From the IMG/VR virus record IMGVR_UViG_3300021963_000039: a stretch of 64,000 nt of DNA. One strand, written 5' to 3'. Origin of the DNA: an uncultured virus (IMG/VR IMGVR_UViG_3300021963_000039) (lineage: Duplodnaviria; Heunggongvirae; Uroviricota; Caudoviricetes). Below are positions 20,311 through 30,189 of the stretch, in pieces. A program made the position numbers and the translations under genes. The notes under the pieces are model-generated. The model made no database searches and was not told where the DNA came from. It saw only the letters and a list, made by a program, of their open reading frames with translations. Position 1 is the stretch's first letter, and each line of letters starts with the position of its first letter.

Positions 20311-20424
20311 GTGCCAAAATCACCGAACAAAGGTAAGAAAGGTTCTACTGGAGGAAAGCGTCCCAAACAAAATCAGGGAAATGCGGCCGCTAAAAAAGCA
20401 AAGAATGGCGGCAAGAAGAAGTGA
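20311..20424 (+). CDS. small Lys/Gly-rich basic peptide (37 aa)
   Basis: GTG start, MPKSPNKGKKGSTGGKRPKQNQGNAAAKKAKNGGKKK; two ATAAATA late promoters upstream (~20258-20283). Confidence 0.6.
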   Translation: MPKSPNKGKKGSTGGKRPKQNQGNAAAKKAKNGGKKK

Positions 20425-20430
20425 GGAATT

Positions 20431-20628
20431 ATGCCACGCGAATTCAACACTCCTCATAGAAAAGATTGGAACGCACCGATACATAACATTCTTAAAGCAA
20501 TAGATAATCACAATCAAGAATACTTTAAAAGTGGCGATACTTGGCATCTACAAAAAGCACAAATACTCCGTGAGTATGTTGCGGAATTAAAAACTTGGAT
20601 ACATAAAACAGAAAAAGAAAACTTATGA
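20431..20628 (+). CDS. hypothetical protein
   Basis: 65-aa ORF with GAGG RBS. Confidence 0.7.
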   Translation: MPREFNTPHRKDWNAPIHNILKAIDNHNQEYFKSGDTWHLQKAQILREYVAELKTWIHKTEKENL

Positions 20629-20765
20629 CTGACCCAGTATGGAGCGTAAATATATTACTTGCCCTTGGAATGCTTGGAGTTGCCTGGGTAATATACTACA
20701 TACTCATATTAGACACTAAAGAAAATGTATCAATACAAGATCAAGAAGATACACAGGATCATTGA
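20625..20765 (+). CDS. small single-TM protein (46 aa)
   Basis: MTDPVWSVNILLALGMLGVAWVIYYILIL...; ATGA coupling. Confidence 0.55.
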   Translation: MTDPVWSVNILLALGMLGVAWVIYYILILDTKENVSIQDQEDTQDH

Positions 20766-21063
20766 TGGTGACACGGTAGACCTGGAAATAGATCTGGGAT
20801 TTCATCTAACAATCAATCAAAGAGTTCGTCTCAAAGGTATTGATGCTGCCGAAACAAGAACCAAAGACCTTACAGAAAAAACAGAGGGTCTGGCAGCAAA
20901 AGAGTGGTTGGAGAAAGAACTTTCCAAACCCGGTGAATGGATTATCGAAACCACAAAGGACGATAAGTATGGAAGAATACTTGGAACACTATACTTGGTT
21001 GGAGAACCAGTCACCGTGAATGAGAGAATGGTAAATGATGGAATTGCTAAACCTTATATGTAA
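20725..21063 (+). CDS. thermonuclease (SNase-like)
   Basis: IIDGDTV, RVRLKGIDAAE, DKYGRILG motifs. Confidence 0.9.
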   Translation: MYQYKIKKIHRIIDGDTVDLEIDLGFHLTINQRVRLKGIDAAETRTKDLTEKTEGLAAKEWLEKELSKPGEWIIETTKDDKYGRILGTLYLVGEPVTVNERMVNDGIAKPYM

Positions 21064-21067
21064 TTAC

Positions 21068-21736
21068 TTAGATAACACTAAGACATCTATTATAATACTT
21101 CTTGCGATCTTCTAATCCACGATAACCACCATTCACTTTTTTGGTGACTTCTTCTACGGTAGGATTTTTATCACATAAGGCATTCATATTGTTATTATAC
21201 CACCAAAAACCAGCGGAAGTAGCAGGATACTTGGAAGAAACATAATCTACTCCATTCATAATCTTTGGATCATTCATATACTTGGAGAATGATGCGTAGT
21301 TTGCTCTGCCCGTAAGTTGAATAAATCCGGCGCCTTTGTACTTTTTCCCATCACCCGGTTGAGTATTTCCTATATCTCTTCTTCCTTCATAAGCATCACC
21401 AGAAGCAAGTTCTTTCATCCATTTCCCGGCACCAGATTCGTGTGAGATTTGAGAGATAAAATGTCTCATTCGGGACTGGGTATTGATCTTAAAAAGATTG
21501 AGACAACTATTCAAGTCATTAATTACAGCGTCCGTGATTGAGTTTTCGTTTGATCCCCAAATAGAAGCAAGTTGTTTCTTGGTGATAAGTAATTTAACTT
21601 CAGGTTGTTTACGATATAATTTTTCAAACTCTTCTAAAACATATGGAAGAGTATTTTCTTGTAGATACTCAAATGCTTCTATTTGTTCTTTGGTTCCCTT
21701 AAAATGTTTTGCGGCGTCTGTGAATTTGATAGACAT
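21068..21736 (-). CDS. glycoside hydrolase family 19 endolysin
   Basis: [36 protein letters not shown]. Confidence 0.9.
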   Translation of the reverse strand: MSIKFTDAAKHFKGTKEQIEAFEYLQENTLPYVLEEFEKLYRKQPEVKLLITKKQLASIWGSNENSITDAVINDLNSCLNLFKINTQSRMRHFISQISHESGAGKWMKELASGDAYEGRRDIGNTQPGDGKKYKGAGFIQLTGRANYASFSKYMNDPKIMNGVDYVSSKYPATSAGFWWYNNNMNALCDKNPTVEEVTKKVNGGYRGLEDRKKYYNRCLSVI

Positions 21737-21787
21737 AATTAACTCTCCTGATAAACAACTTTGAATTTTCTTTTGGTGGACTCTTAC

Positions 21788-22498
21788 TTAGGGTAGAAAG
21801 ATGCGACCCCATCCGGTTCCAACTCCATCAGCAGTCCATCTTTTTTCTAGTTCCATTCTTCTATAAACCACTTGTTTGCCTTCAGTAACAGGACCAGTAT
21901 ACCCCCGCACCAGACTTCCGTATGGGTCGTGGAAAATATAATCTCCTTTATCAGTCTTACCAATACAGCAAATCATATGACCCGAGTTTCTAGTGGGCAT
22001 ATGAGTTGGACCACGATGAAGAATACCTAAAACAAGCGGTCTCCCGGCGGTAAGTTCACGATCCAAATCAGAAAAATTAAGATTAGTACGGAATACAGAA
22101 TTAAGTCCATATCCTTGTAATACTCTTGTTTGAACGGATTGATCTGTTGATTTGCCAATAGCAAGAACTTTTCTCAAATATGCGTCATCACCTTTTGGTC
22201 CAGAAGGAAGAGAACCTGGTTTCAGGAACTTGAGAACCATCGCACAAGAAGAAGAATTACAAGTACTATCTGGTAAGGTATAATTATCTGTTTGTGGATA
22301 AAACGGAACATTCAACAAAATACCAGAAGGTGGTGTAGGAGCACTTGTATTTTTATAAAGACGCACCCAATTCGCATTATCTTGAAGAAGTTCGGGTGTC
22401 TTCTCTTCCAATACTCTTACAAGGTCATCAATCGCAGCACGATGTCTTGGAAGTGTATGGTCGTAATATCTAAAAAAGTTTTGTAGATCTATTTTCAT
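21788..22498 (-). CDS. C39-like cysteine peptidase (probable lysin)
   Basis: LNVPFYPQTDN..CNSSSCAM, GHMICCIG, HDPYG. Confidence 0.85.
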   Translation of the reverse strand: MKIDLQNFFRYYDHTLPRHRAAIDDLVRVLEEKTPELLQDNANWVRLYKNTSAPTPPSGILLNVPFYPQTDNYTLPDSTCNSSSCAMVLKFLKPGSLPSGPKGDDAYLRKVLAIGKSTDQSVQTRVLQGYGLNSVFRTNLNFSDLDRELTAGRPLVLGILHRGPTHMPTRNSGHMICCIGKTDKGDYIFHDPYGSLVRGYTGPVTEGKQVVYRRMELEKRWTADGVGTGWGRIFLP

Positions 22499-22505
22499 TT
22501 CAATA

Positions 22506-22533
22506 AAAAAACTCCCCCTATATTTAGGAGGAG
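22506..22533 (-). terminator. intrinsic terminator containing late promoter CTAAATA
   Basis: Minus CTCCTCCTAAATATAGGGGGAGTTTTTT. Confidence 0.65.
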
Positions 22534-22635
22534 TACATTGATGCTTTAATTATAATCGCAGATACACATAATACGATGAAAATATCCGCAATTAACATTT
22601 TAGTAAGTTTGTAAGGTTGTTAAGAGTATAATATA

Positions 22636-22755
22636 CTAAAAAACTCCTGGAAGTATTTGTCCGGTGGTAAGATAAGTACCAACGGCAATTACAAATCCCA
22701 ACATCGCAAGTCTTCCGTTTAGAATTTCTGCCTCGGGGGTAAATCCAAATTTCAT
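22636..22755 (-). CDS. hli: high light inducible protein (39 aa)
   Basis: MKFGFTPEAEILNGRLAMLGF...TGQILPGVF; AGGAG RBS; missed by ORF track. Confidence 0.92.
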   Translation of the reverse strand: MKFGFTPEAEILNGRLAMLGFVIAVGTYLTTGQILPGVF

Positions 22756-22766
22756 AATTTTTCTCC

Positions 22767-22853
22767 TTAATAAGTGTTGGAAAGTTGATTGATAGAATGT
22801 GCCAGAAGCACCAGGAAAGCAATAATCGTTACGGTAAAAACAAGTTCACTCAT
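22767..22853 (-). CDS. tiny hydrophobic peptide (28 aa)
   Basis: MSELVFTVTIIAFLVLLAHSINQLSNTY; coupled to hli stop. Confidence 0.5.
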   Translation of the reverse strand: MSELVFTVTIIAFLVLLAHSINQLSNTY

Positions 22854-23062
22854 CAAAATACACCAAAGAAAAGGTGTCCTGTGAGAGCATAAGAGACAAC
22901 TGCGGAAACAAATCCAATCATCGCCCATCTTGAATTTGCCTTTTCTGCCTTTTCAGCATATGTCTCAAGCGCATAACGCTCTGCGTCATCCGGAGACACA
23001 TACATTTCAGGTTCTTTAGCGAACATATTCATTTGCCCGCGTTCATCAGTTGTAACAGTCAT
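22853..23062 (-). CDS. hli: high light inducible protein
   Basis: NMFAKEP..AEKANSRWAMIGF. Confidence 0.92.
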   Translation of the reverse strand: MTVTTDERGQMNMFAKEPEMYVSPDDAERYALETYAEKAEKANSRWAMIGFVSAVVSYALTGHLFFGVF

Positions 23063-23089
23063 TGTAGTTTCATTAAGAACTATAACAAT

Positions 23090-23118
23090 ATTATATATGA
23101 GAAGACGGGTCTTGTCAA
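23090..23118 (-). promoter_or_regulatory. sigma70-like promoter of hli operon
   Basis: TTGACA-17-TATAAT. Confidence 0.85.
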
Positions 23119-23144
23119 GGGTCTCGTGTCAGCATCCTCTAACT

Positions 23145-23924
23145 TTACGACGGGTTTGTAATTCTTCCAAGATATGGATCATAGTTCATCAGTTCGTCAA
23201 TCTTCATATCAGAACCCTGGGTTTCCCAGAACTGAAAAAGACCATCACGACTTTGACGATGAAAAACATCAATATGCTCCGGATGTATACTTGACCCCAA
23301 CTCTATCTTATAAAGAAACAAAGGAATTGAGAAAGTATTTCCAGAATTATAAATCAAATCATCCGCCACTGCTCTGGGTTTGACACCCTGATCGAGTTTA
23401 TACTTATCACCACGACAATGAAGATCAATTAGTTTTTTTGCGTGATGGCGAGTAATGATATATGCCGCTGTTGAAAAATCATTCACAAATCTCTTATGAA
23501 GTTTAACGTGTAAATCACCAGTACAAATGATCGCAAGTTGAATTACATCATAGTCATAAGGAACTTTAGCGACAAAATCACTCCAAGTAAAATTCCAGAA
23601 TTTTGCTGTATGTAAATCTACATCATCTTCCATAATGACCGCATATGGACTTTCAGAGGTTTCTATCCAGTGCTTGAGTGCCTTAAGATGAGAGGTGGTA
23701 CATCCAATCTCACCGGTAGTCATATTATCCGGATACTTTCCCTTGATAATTTCACTCAAGTCATCTTCTCTTCCGTCATAGGCAGAAATACGAGTATAGT
23801 TTTCAATTTCCCAATATTTAAACTGCTCTTCCATATATTGTGCTCTTTCTGGTTGCCCGTCAAGATTTAAGTAATATATTGGTCCGATATTTTTAAATTT
23901 GTATGCTGCCTTATTTTTATCCAT
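23145..23924 (-). CDS. glycosyltransferase family 25
   Basis: YLNLD..ER, GEIGCTTSH, IMEDD motifs. Confidence 0.85.
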   Translation of the reverse strand: MDKNKAAYKFKNIGPIYYLNLDGQPERAQYMEEQFKYWEIENYTRISAYDGREDDLSEIIKGKYPDNMTTGEIGCTTSHLKALKHWIETSESPYAVIMEDDVDLHTAKFWNFTWSDFVAKVPYDYDVIQLAIICTGDLHVKLHKRFVNDFSTAAYIITRHHAKKLIDLHCRGDKYKLDQGVKPRAVADDLIYNSGNTFSIPLFLYKIELGSSIHPEHIDVFHRQSRDGLFQFWETQGSDMKIDELMNYDPYLGRITNPS

Positions 23925-23933
23925 AAGTATTCA

Positions 23934-24671
23934 TCAACATTCAATATAGTTTACATTATTAAAAACAAAAAATCCCATATCCTTATGCTCCTGAAGAGTT
24001 CTATAAAGAAAACAATTAATTTTTACATTTGAATTATAACGATGCTTAATTCCAGACGCCATACTATTTCCACCAGAGTACATGCAGTAATATTCTTTAC
24101 AACTATGAATATAGTCTGCGTATTGAAAAATGCTATCAATAATTAAAGTTTTTGAATGAAAATTAAATTGATGTGATAAAAAATTAGTATGAATGTTTTT
24201 AAAATCTACAAATAATATATTATTTTTTTCTGAAATATTCTCGTCAATTAATTTATAAAGTTTTTCAACATTATAAAGAGTTTGAATGCCGGATACAATG
24301 ACACTATGGGCTGATAGATCTACAATAATTTTATCAGAAAATGTTTTAATATAATTTGGTTTGTAATAAATTTCAGGATATTTACTATCCCCAGGAAACC
24401 CATGACGAAGTTCTGATGCTGCAACAATATTATCCGCCTTTCCAGCATCCGCAGGAGGGGAACAAGATCCTATTGTAGCGAGATGAGTTGATATTCCCTT
24501 TACATAAGGATTTTTCCCCCAACAAAATTCATAAATTTCAGTATTCCTATAAGCATTTTGATCACTTAAATAAAAGTCAATTCCTTTCTCATGGTAAAGT
24601 CTTGGAAGAGATGAAAACTGGAGATTATCCCCTAAACCACCCCAAGGTTGTGCCAAATAAACTGCTTTCAT
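23934..24671 (-). CDS. putative glycosyltransferase (paralog of 27425-28162)
   Basis: GGLGDNLQFSSLP, RNTEIYE, KYPEIYY shared with paralog. Confidence 0.6.
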   Translation of the reverse strand: MKAVYLAQPWGGLGDNLQFSSLPRLYHEKGIDFYLSDQNAYRNTEIYEFCWGKNPYVKGISTHLATIGSCSPPADAGKADNIVAASELRHGFPGDSKYPEIYYKPNYIKTFSDKIIVDLSAHSVIVSGIQTLYNVEKLYKLIDENISEKNNILFVDFKNIHTNFLSHQFNFHSKTLIIDSIFQYADYIHSCKEYYCMYSGGNSMASGIKHRYNSNVKINCFLYRTLQEHKDMGFFVFNNVNYIEC

Positions 24672-24673
24672 TA

Positions 24674-25030
24674 TTAATCTCCAACAATAAGTCTATAACT
24701 ATCTTCATCAAAATGTTGGGTAGAAAATTCAAATAATTCAGTATCTTCTAAAGATATTATTTGATGTCTTAGGTTTCGATAGATATGAAACTTATCTCCC
24801 TTGGATAAAATAATTTGATTTGCATGAAGAATGTCATCTCCATCAAAATATTTTAGTAAAATTTTACCAGATTGAATATAAAAAGTTTCATCTTTAAGAA
24901 TATGATAATGCCAAGAACATTTTTTATCCTTAACAAAATATAAAAGTTTTCCACAATACTCTTCAGTATTGGTTATCCAACGTTCAAATCCCCAACCTTT
25001 AGGGACAAATTTAATTTCCAAAAAATTCAT
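24674..25030 (-). CDS. cupin-fold sugar isomerase-like protein
   Basis: VPKGWGFE, CSWHYHILKDETF, FEFSTQHFDEDSYR. Confidence 0.8.
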   Translation of the reverse strand: MNFLEIKFVPKGWGFERWITNTEEYCGKLLYFVKDKKCSWHYHILKDETFYIQSGKILLKYFDGDDILHANQIILSKGDKFHIYRNLRHQIISLEDTELFEFSTQHFDEDSYRLIVGD

Positions 25031-25331
25031 CAGAATTAATACCTTTATCGTCTATGTAGTAATCGCCAGAGGGTTTTCCAAGAACAAGTTTATGATATTT
25101 ACATCCCCATAATTTTAATTGAAGTTCCGTAATTTCTCTAAATCTTGAATTTGCTAGTTTATCATCATCAAAATATCTACCCATCCCTCTAGCAGTAAAG
25201 TAAATAATGATATGACCTTCATCATATAATTTATTTATTTTATTAATTCTATCAGTAAGTGGAGATGATGTTTCATAGTCACTATTTTTTTGAGTGCAAA
25301 TAGTTCCATCAATATCTATAATATATTTAAT
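25011..25331 (-). CDS. HAD-superfamily (capsule biosynthesis-type) phosphatase, ATT start
   Basis: IKYIIDIDGTIC...YFTARG...GKPSGDYYIDDK; GGAGGT 6 nt upstream; missed by ORF track. Confidence 0.8.
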   Translation of the reverse strand: MKYIIDIDGTICTQKNSDYETSSPLTDRINKINKLYDEGHIIIYFTARGMGRYFDDDKLANSRFREITELQLKLWGCKYHKLVLGKPSGDYYIDDKGINSDEFFGN

Positions 25332-26125
25332 TAGATTACCTCCATAATATCTTGTTTAGTAAGTTTATAAACTCCCATATGTTGAACAGACTTTGATGCA
25401 AGATGAACTGCTTTAGGAATTGCAACTTCTAATTTTTTTGAAGTAAGATAGAAATAACAAAGCGCCGCAAGAAATATGTCTCCAGCACCAGTAACATCAA
25501 AAACATCTACATGAGGTGCCGCAAATAATTTATCATTCCATTTTGCACCCGATTTTCCTAATGTTACAATTAGTTCAGAATTAACTGGAATAGTTTTTAT
25601 TTTTTTCTCTTCATCACTATTAATTTTAACAATTGCATTTTTAAAAATTTTTAGATTTGGATTTTTGCTATCAATAAAAATTGGAATATTAGAGTTTTGG
25701 CAAATATATTCAATAAAATCTTCATCAAGCAATCCTTTACAATAATCAGATATTACTACTGCATCAAAATCAAAAGAAATATCAACTTTAATGGGGAGAA
25801 CCTTACTACCAATATCTTCACGAAGTAAAAGTTGATTTGATTTGATGTCAACAAACCTTCTCTTAATTAAAAGATTCGGATCATTACTAATAAACTCAAC
25901 ATCTACACCTAAAGAAATAAGATTTTCTTTTACATTTGCCGCCATTCCGGGACGAACCTCACTTTCTATATAATCAAATACGGGCACAGGAGCCTCTGCA
26001 CATATGCGTTCACAGACTCCATAATGATATTCATCAATACAAGATTCACCTAACAGAAGAACCTTGAAGGATTTTTGTTGTGGAATAGTCCCCAACTCTT
26101 TTAAAAAATTTAAGTGATTTTGCAT
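25331..26125 (-). CDS. PfkB-family heptose-7-phosphate kinase (HldE/RfaE domain I-like); true start likely ~26100
   Basis: RICAEAPVPV, ISDYCKG, VFDVTGAGD. Confidence 0.85.
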   Translation of the reverse strand: MQNHLNFLKELGTIPQQKSFKVLLLGESCIDEYHYGVCERICAEAPVPVFDYIESEVRPGMAANVKENLISLGVDVEFISNDPNLLIKRRFVDIKSNQLLLREDIGSKVLPIKVDISFDFDAVVISDYCKGLLDEDFIEYICQNSNIPIFIDSKNPNLKIFKNAIVKINSDEEKKIKTIPVNSELIVTLGKSGAKWNDKLFAAPHVDVFDVTGAGDIFLAALCYFYLTSKKLEVAIPKAVHLASKSVQHMGVYKLTKQDIMEVI

Positions 26126-26444
26126 ATTGAGAACCTATAACTTTCTTTTCTTTCCAATCTGATCCAACTACCATTACATCTGGATTTATACTAGAAATTA
26201 GTGTCTCTAGTTCATTTTCAGAATCAAAAAAATAAACAGCATCAATGTAACGAACGGATTCTAAAATAAATTTTCTATCATCTTGATTATTAAAAGGTCT
26301 ATTCAAACCCTTTAGTTCCTGAACTCTCCTATCAGTATCAATGGAAACTATAAGATAATCTCCAAGAGATTTAGCATATTTAAAAAGTTCAATATGACCC
26401 CTATGAAGAATGTCAAAGCATCCATTAACAAAAATGATATCCAT
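26046..26444 (-). CDS. heptose-1-phosphate adenylyltransferase (HldE/RfaE domain II-like)
   Basis: NGCFDILHRGH, KGLNRP, YSTTKI. Confidence 0.88.
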   Translation of the reverse strand: MDIIFVNGCFDILHRGHIELFKYAKSLGDYLIVSIDTDRRVQELKGLNRPFNNQDDRKFILESVRYIDAVYFFDSENELETLISSINPDVMVVGSDWKEKKVIGSQYAKSLKFFKRVGDYSTTKILQGSSVR

Positions 26445-26445
26445 A

Positions 26446-27423
26446 TTAATTAATTTTATTATACCAATATTCTAAAAGATCATTCAAAGTCTGATCAATT
26501 GTATATTCAAATTTCCAACCGGTGATTTCAACAAGATTACTAGAATCTCCATGCTGATAATGAATATCAATCGGACGATAAAGATTTGGACAAACCTCTT
26601 GGACTATATTCTTTAATCCACTCAATTCAATAAGTTTTTCCGTAAAAAATCTCATTTTAAAAGGAGTGTCTCCACAGACATTAAAAATTTGACCATTCAC
26701 ATTATCATTAATCATTGAAAGATAATATGCATTTACAGTATCTCTAACATCAATTACAACTCTAACACTATCAAGATTTCCAACTTTTAAAATTGGTTCT
26801 TGAAGACCTTTCATCATACGAGCAATTTGAAATGCGTCAGAAGAAATTGAAAAGTTTTTACCCCTACGCGGTCCAGTATGAGAAAATGCTCGTGTTATAT
26901 ATCCTTTTAGTTTTTTATTTTCAATTCTTTCTTGCATATAAAGATCCGTAGATGCTTTAGATGCTCCATATGGATTAGCAGGAAATAATGTATCGTTCCA
27001 ATTAATTTTACGACCATCAATGCCAATATTTCCATAAACTTCGGATGTTGAACAAAACATCATTTTGCAATCAGGTTGATGATCACTAATTGCCTGAATT
27101 AAATTTGCACTTCCAATAATATTTTCTTCAAATGTCCCTAGAGGGTCAATAAAACTAGAAGGAGGGTGAGACTGTGCCGCAAGATGAAATACACCGTCAA
27201 ATTGATTATTTTTAAATACTTGGTGAAGTACACGATAATTTTTTAAATCAGAATATAAAAATGTAATGTCACGATATACTTCATCAGTAACTATATCACG
27301 AATATCATTTTCTCTTCCATTAGTACTACGAATTAAACCATATACTGTATGCCCTTGCCTGTGAAGAAGGTTTGCAAGATGCGGACCAGCAAATCCTGTT
27401 ATTCCTGTGATGAGAAATTTCAT
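26446..27423 (-). CDS. GDP-mannose 4,6-dehydratase/reductase-family SDR
   Basis: ITGITGFAG, HLAAQSH, STSEVYG, PYGASK. Confidence 0.88.
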   Translation of the reverse strand: MKFLITGITGFAGPHLANLLHRQGHTVYGLIRSTNGRENDIRDIVTDEVYRDITFLYSDLKNYRVLHQVFKNNQFDGVFHLAAQSHPPSSFIDPLGTFEENIIGSANLIQAISDHQPDCKMMFCSTSEVYGNIGIDGRKINWNDTLFPANPYGASKASTDLYMQERIENKKLKGYITRAFSHTGPRRGKNFSISSDAFQIARMMKGLQEPILKVGNLDSVRVVIDVRDTVNAYYLSMINDNVNGQIFNVCGDTPFKMRFFTEKLIELSGLKNIVQEVCPNLYRPIDIHYQHGDSSNLVEITGWKFEYTIDQTLNDLLEYWYNKIN

Positions 27424-27424
27424 A

Positions 27425-28162
27425 TTAATAAATTAAATACTCTATATTATCGAAGAGAAATAGTCCTCTGTCTACATGATAATTATACCACATTTTTTCT
27501 ATTATACAAATACTTACTAAATTTGGATGGTATTTTTTAAGAGCCGAACTTAAATGACTTGCTCCACTGCTCAAGGCAACCAATCCATATACTGAAGAAA
27601 TTAGATCACAGTATCTGAATATATTTTCAATTTCAATATATCCATCAAAATCAAAATCATAAACATTTAATTTTTCAGAGTTAATAACTTTTTGAAATGA
27701 TATTGAAACAAATTTTTTATCTGAAAATTTATTTTTAATTTTGTAAAAAGTAGATTTAAGTTGTTCCACATTATAGTCAATACTTATACAAGTAAAATCG
27801 ACCAAAAAAATATCACCAACATCAGAATGTTTTACGGGTTCATAATAAATTTTTGGATATTTATTTTTTATTTTTAAACCATGAAGATTTTCCCAATTTG
27901 AAATATTATTTCCAGCAATATTTGAATATTGAATTTCTGGAATATCTCCGGCATTCCAATCTCCAGATTTGATGCCTTTTATATAAGGATTACATTTCCA
28001 TAACAATTCATATATTTCAGGATTTCTAAACTTTGCTTTATCCCAGATATAGGTTTCTCTTTTCTGCTGCTTATAAAATTCTTCTGGGAGAGTTGTAAAT
28101 TGCAAACTATCTCCCAAACCTCCATGATATGCCGAAAGTATTACATCATTCATAAAATCCAA
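27425..28162 (-). CDS. putative glycosyltransferase (paralog of 23934-24671)
   Basis: GGLGDSLQFTTLP, RNPEIYE, SSGASHL. Confidence 0.6.
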   Translation of the reverse strand: MDFMNDVILSAYHGGLGDSLQFTTLPEEFYKQQKRETYIWDKAKFRNPEIYELLWKCNPYIKGIKSGDWNAGDIPEIQYSNIAGNNISNWENLHGLKIKNKYPKIYYEPVKHSDVGDIFLVDFTCISIDYNVEQLKSTFYKIKNKFSDKKFVSISFQKVINSEKLNVYDFDFDGYIEIENIFRYCDLISSVYGLVALSSGASHLSSALKKYHPNLVSICIIEKMWYNYHVDRGLFLFDNIEYLIY

Positions 28163-28794
28163 CCAATTTGATAGTCTTCAAAAAGTAAAGTTGCTCCTAT
28201 ATTATCCATAAATTCTTTTACATAGTTACCTTTACCAATATTTACTTCGGGCAAATTTGGAAATGCATTATGATCATCGACTACAACTATGCTATCTTTA
28301 TCAATTTTATCAATTGCGGCACAAAGTTCCTTAACATGATGCATCATAGACGGATGAGGATTCCCAAGTTCAATATCATAGGAATCAAGATATAGAAAAT
28401 CAATTTTTCTATCTTTAGGAAGATTCCATAAAAATTTTACAGAATCGGAGCAAAATACTTTCGTATTGTTTGTAACTACACTCCTGCAATATCTAACATT
28501 TTCTTCCTTAATATCTACTGAATTAACCTCTCCATCATAATAATTAATAAAGTGATCGAAGATATAAGTTGATGCTCCATCATCACCAAAAGCCAAATTA
28601 CCGTGATCTGCCCTTGTAGTTCCAGTTTCTACAACATAAAAGTTTTTATTTTCCTTTTTCTCAAGTTCTTGAAATATTTTTAAAAAACTATCTGAACGAT
28701 TCCTTACAGGATTATTAGGGTGTCCAGGAATTTTCATTTTATCATAATATTCAGTTTTAAATAATTCAGAAAAAGTCATATATTTTTTACACAA
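28150..28794 (-). CDS. class I SAM-dependent methyltransferase
   Basis: VVETGT, SVDI, SDSV, IDFLYLDS, VVVDD. Confidence 0.75.
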   Translation of the reverse strand: MCKKYMTFSELFKTEYYDKMKIPGHPNNPVRNRSDSFLKIFQELEKKENKNFYVVETGTTRADHGNLAFGDDGASTYIFDHFINYYDGEVNSVDIKEENVRYCRSVVTNNTKVFCSDSVKFLWNLPKDRKIDFLYLDSYDIELGNPHPSMMHHVKELCAAIDKIDKDSIVVVDDHNAFPNLPEVNIGKGNYVKEFMDNIGATLLFEDYQIGWIL

Positions 28795-29432
28795 AGAACA
28801 TTACCAGAGAGAACTTTAACATCATAATCAAGTTTCTCTAATGTATTTACCATATTTCCTAAAACATCATTTCCAGTCTCAACATTGTTTAATCTATCAT
28901 TCCCTACAGATGGATATGGTCTTTCAAAAAAAATAATATCAGGATATATTTTATTTTCAATAACTTGATTAATAATTTTAATATCATACCCCTCAGTATC
29001 AATTATTAAAGCATTTATTGTATGTGAAATTTTTTCTAATAATGTAGAAAAATTTATTCCCTTTACCAATTCATATGCTTCTTCAGAAAAATGTGACGCA
29101 AATTCATTTTGTCTAAGTAAAAGAGATGAGTGACCAGAACTCCCCAATGGATCAATGTTTTTATAAAGTTTTACATTACCATTTTGAGAAGTAATAGCAA
29201 CATTTAAAAACATTAATCTATCTTCACATGATTTATAATTATGTTTTAATTTTTGAAATTCTTCTTTTTGAGGTTCAATAAGACAAGCAGAAATTCTACT
29301 TTCAGTTTTAATTAATGTATGGACAGGATCTGCCATAACACCATCATTAGCACCAATTTGAACTAAAAATATATGCGTATTATTAGAAAATCTTTGTTTA
29401 AAAGTTTCTATTAATTTAATTTCATCATCCAT
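28776..29432 (-). CDS. FkbM-family methyltransferase
   Basis: QIGANDG, LIEP, IDTEGYD. Confidence 0.85.
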   Translation of the reverse strand: MDDEIKLIETFKQRFSNNTHIFLVQIGANDGVMADPVHTLIKTESRISACLIEPQKEEFQKLKHNYKSCEDRLMFLNVAITSQNGNVKLYKNIDPLGSSGHSSLLLRQNEFASHFSEEAYELVKGINFSTLLEKISHTINALIIDTEGYDIKIINQVIENKIYPDIIFFERPYPSVGNDRLNNVETGNDVLGNMVNTLEKLDYDVKVLSGNVLCVKNI

Positions 29433-30189
29433 TTACCAATTCCTTTTTAATTTGTTGAATATTGTGATTATATTCATCACTTGACCAGTATGAAGATCCA
29501 TAGTCATTTCCATCTGGACCAATTGCCTGCATAATATTCACATTAAGATTAGAAATAAAAAGATTTTCTATTGTATAATCTTTCTGTGGCAATTTTTCAA
29601 TAAGATCATTTCTGACATAAAATGCATTTCCTGTATGACAAACTAATGTATATCCTTTTTTTTCTGCCAATTTAGTAATAGATTTTAAAGAAGATCCATT
29701 ATTTGAAACATATTCTTCTGTAGGACCATAATTTGTATTTGTTTCTATGATGATAACTTTAGGAAAATATTTTGTCATAGATTCAAAAATATAATAATCA
29801 GTTGTATCCACATCAACAGATACAAGTGCTAGATTAGAAAAAGTAACTTTAAATTTAGATTTTGTTAGGATATTATCGAGAGAATCTTCATGATTTGCAT
29901 CCGAATTCACAAGATAATTTAAACATTCAATTGAATCTATTTTCCCACAAATATTTTCTAAACTATTATATTTCTCAATATCACATTCAATTAAAATTGC
30001 TTTAAATTTTTTATTTTTCCAAAGATTCAAAACATTACTGATATACAACCCATCACAGGCACCAAATTCAACAACTATTCCCGATGTTATTTTTAAATCT
30101 TTGAAAAGTTGTTCAATAATACCATCTTCCCCACATTGACTATAGATGTTTTTTGCAAATTGTAAGTAATAAGAATTAGGTAAGGTCAT
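29425..30189 (-). CDS. FkbM-like methyltransferase
   Basis: YSQCGEDGII, VEFGACDG, SVDVD, NAFYVR. Confidence 0.75.
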   Translation of the reverse strand: MTLPNSYYLQFAKNIYSQCGEDGIIEQLFKDLKITSGIVVEFGACDGLYISNVLNLWKNKKFKAILIECDIEKYNSLENICGKIDSIECLNYLVNSDANHEDSLDNILTKSKFKVTFSNLALVSVDVDTTDYYIFESMTKYFPKVIIIETNTNYGPTEEYVSNNGSSLKSITKLAEKKGYTLVCHTGNAFYVRNDLIEKLPQKDYTIENLFISNLNVNIMQAIGPDGNDYGSSYWSSDEYNHNIQQIKKELVNG

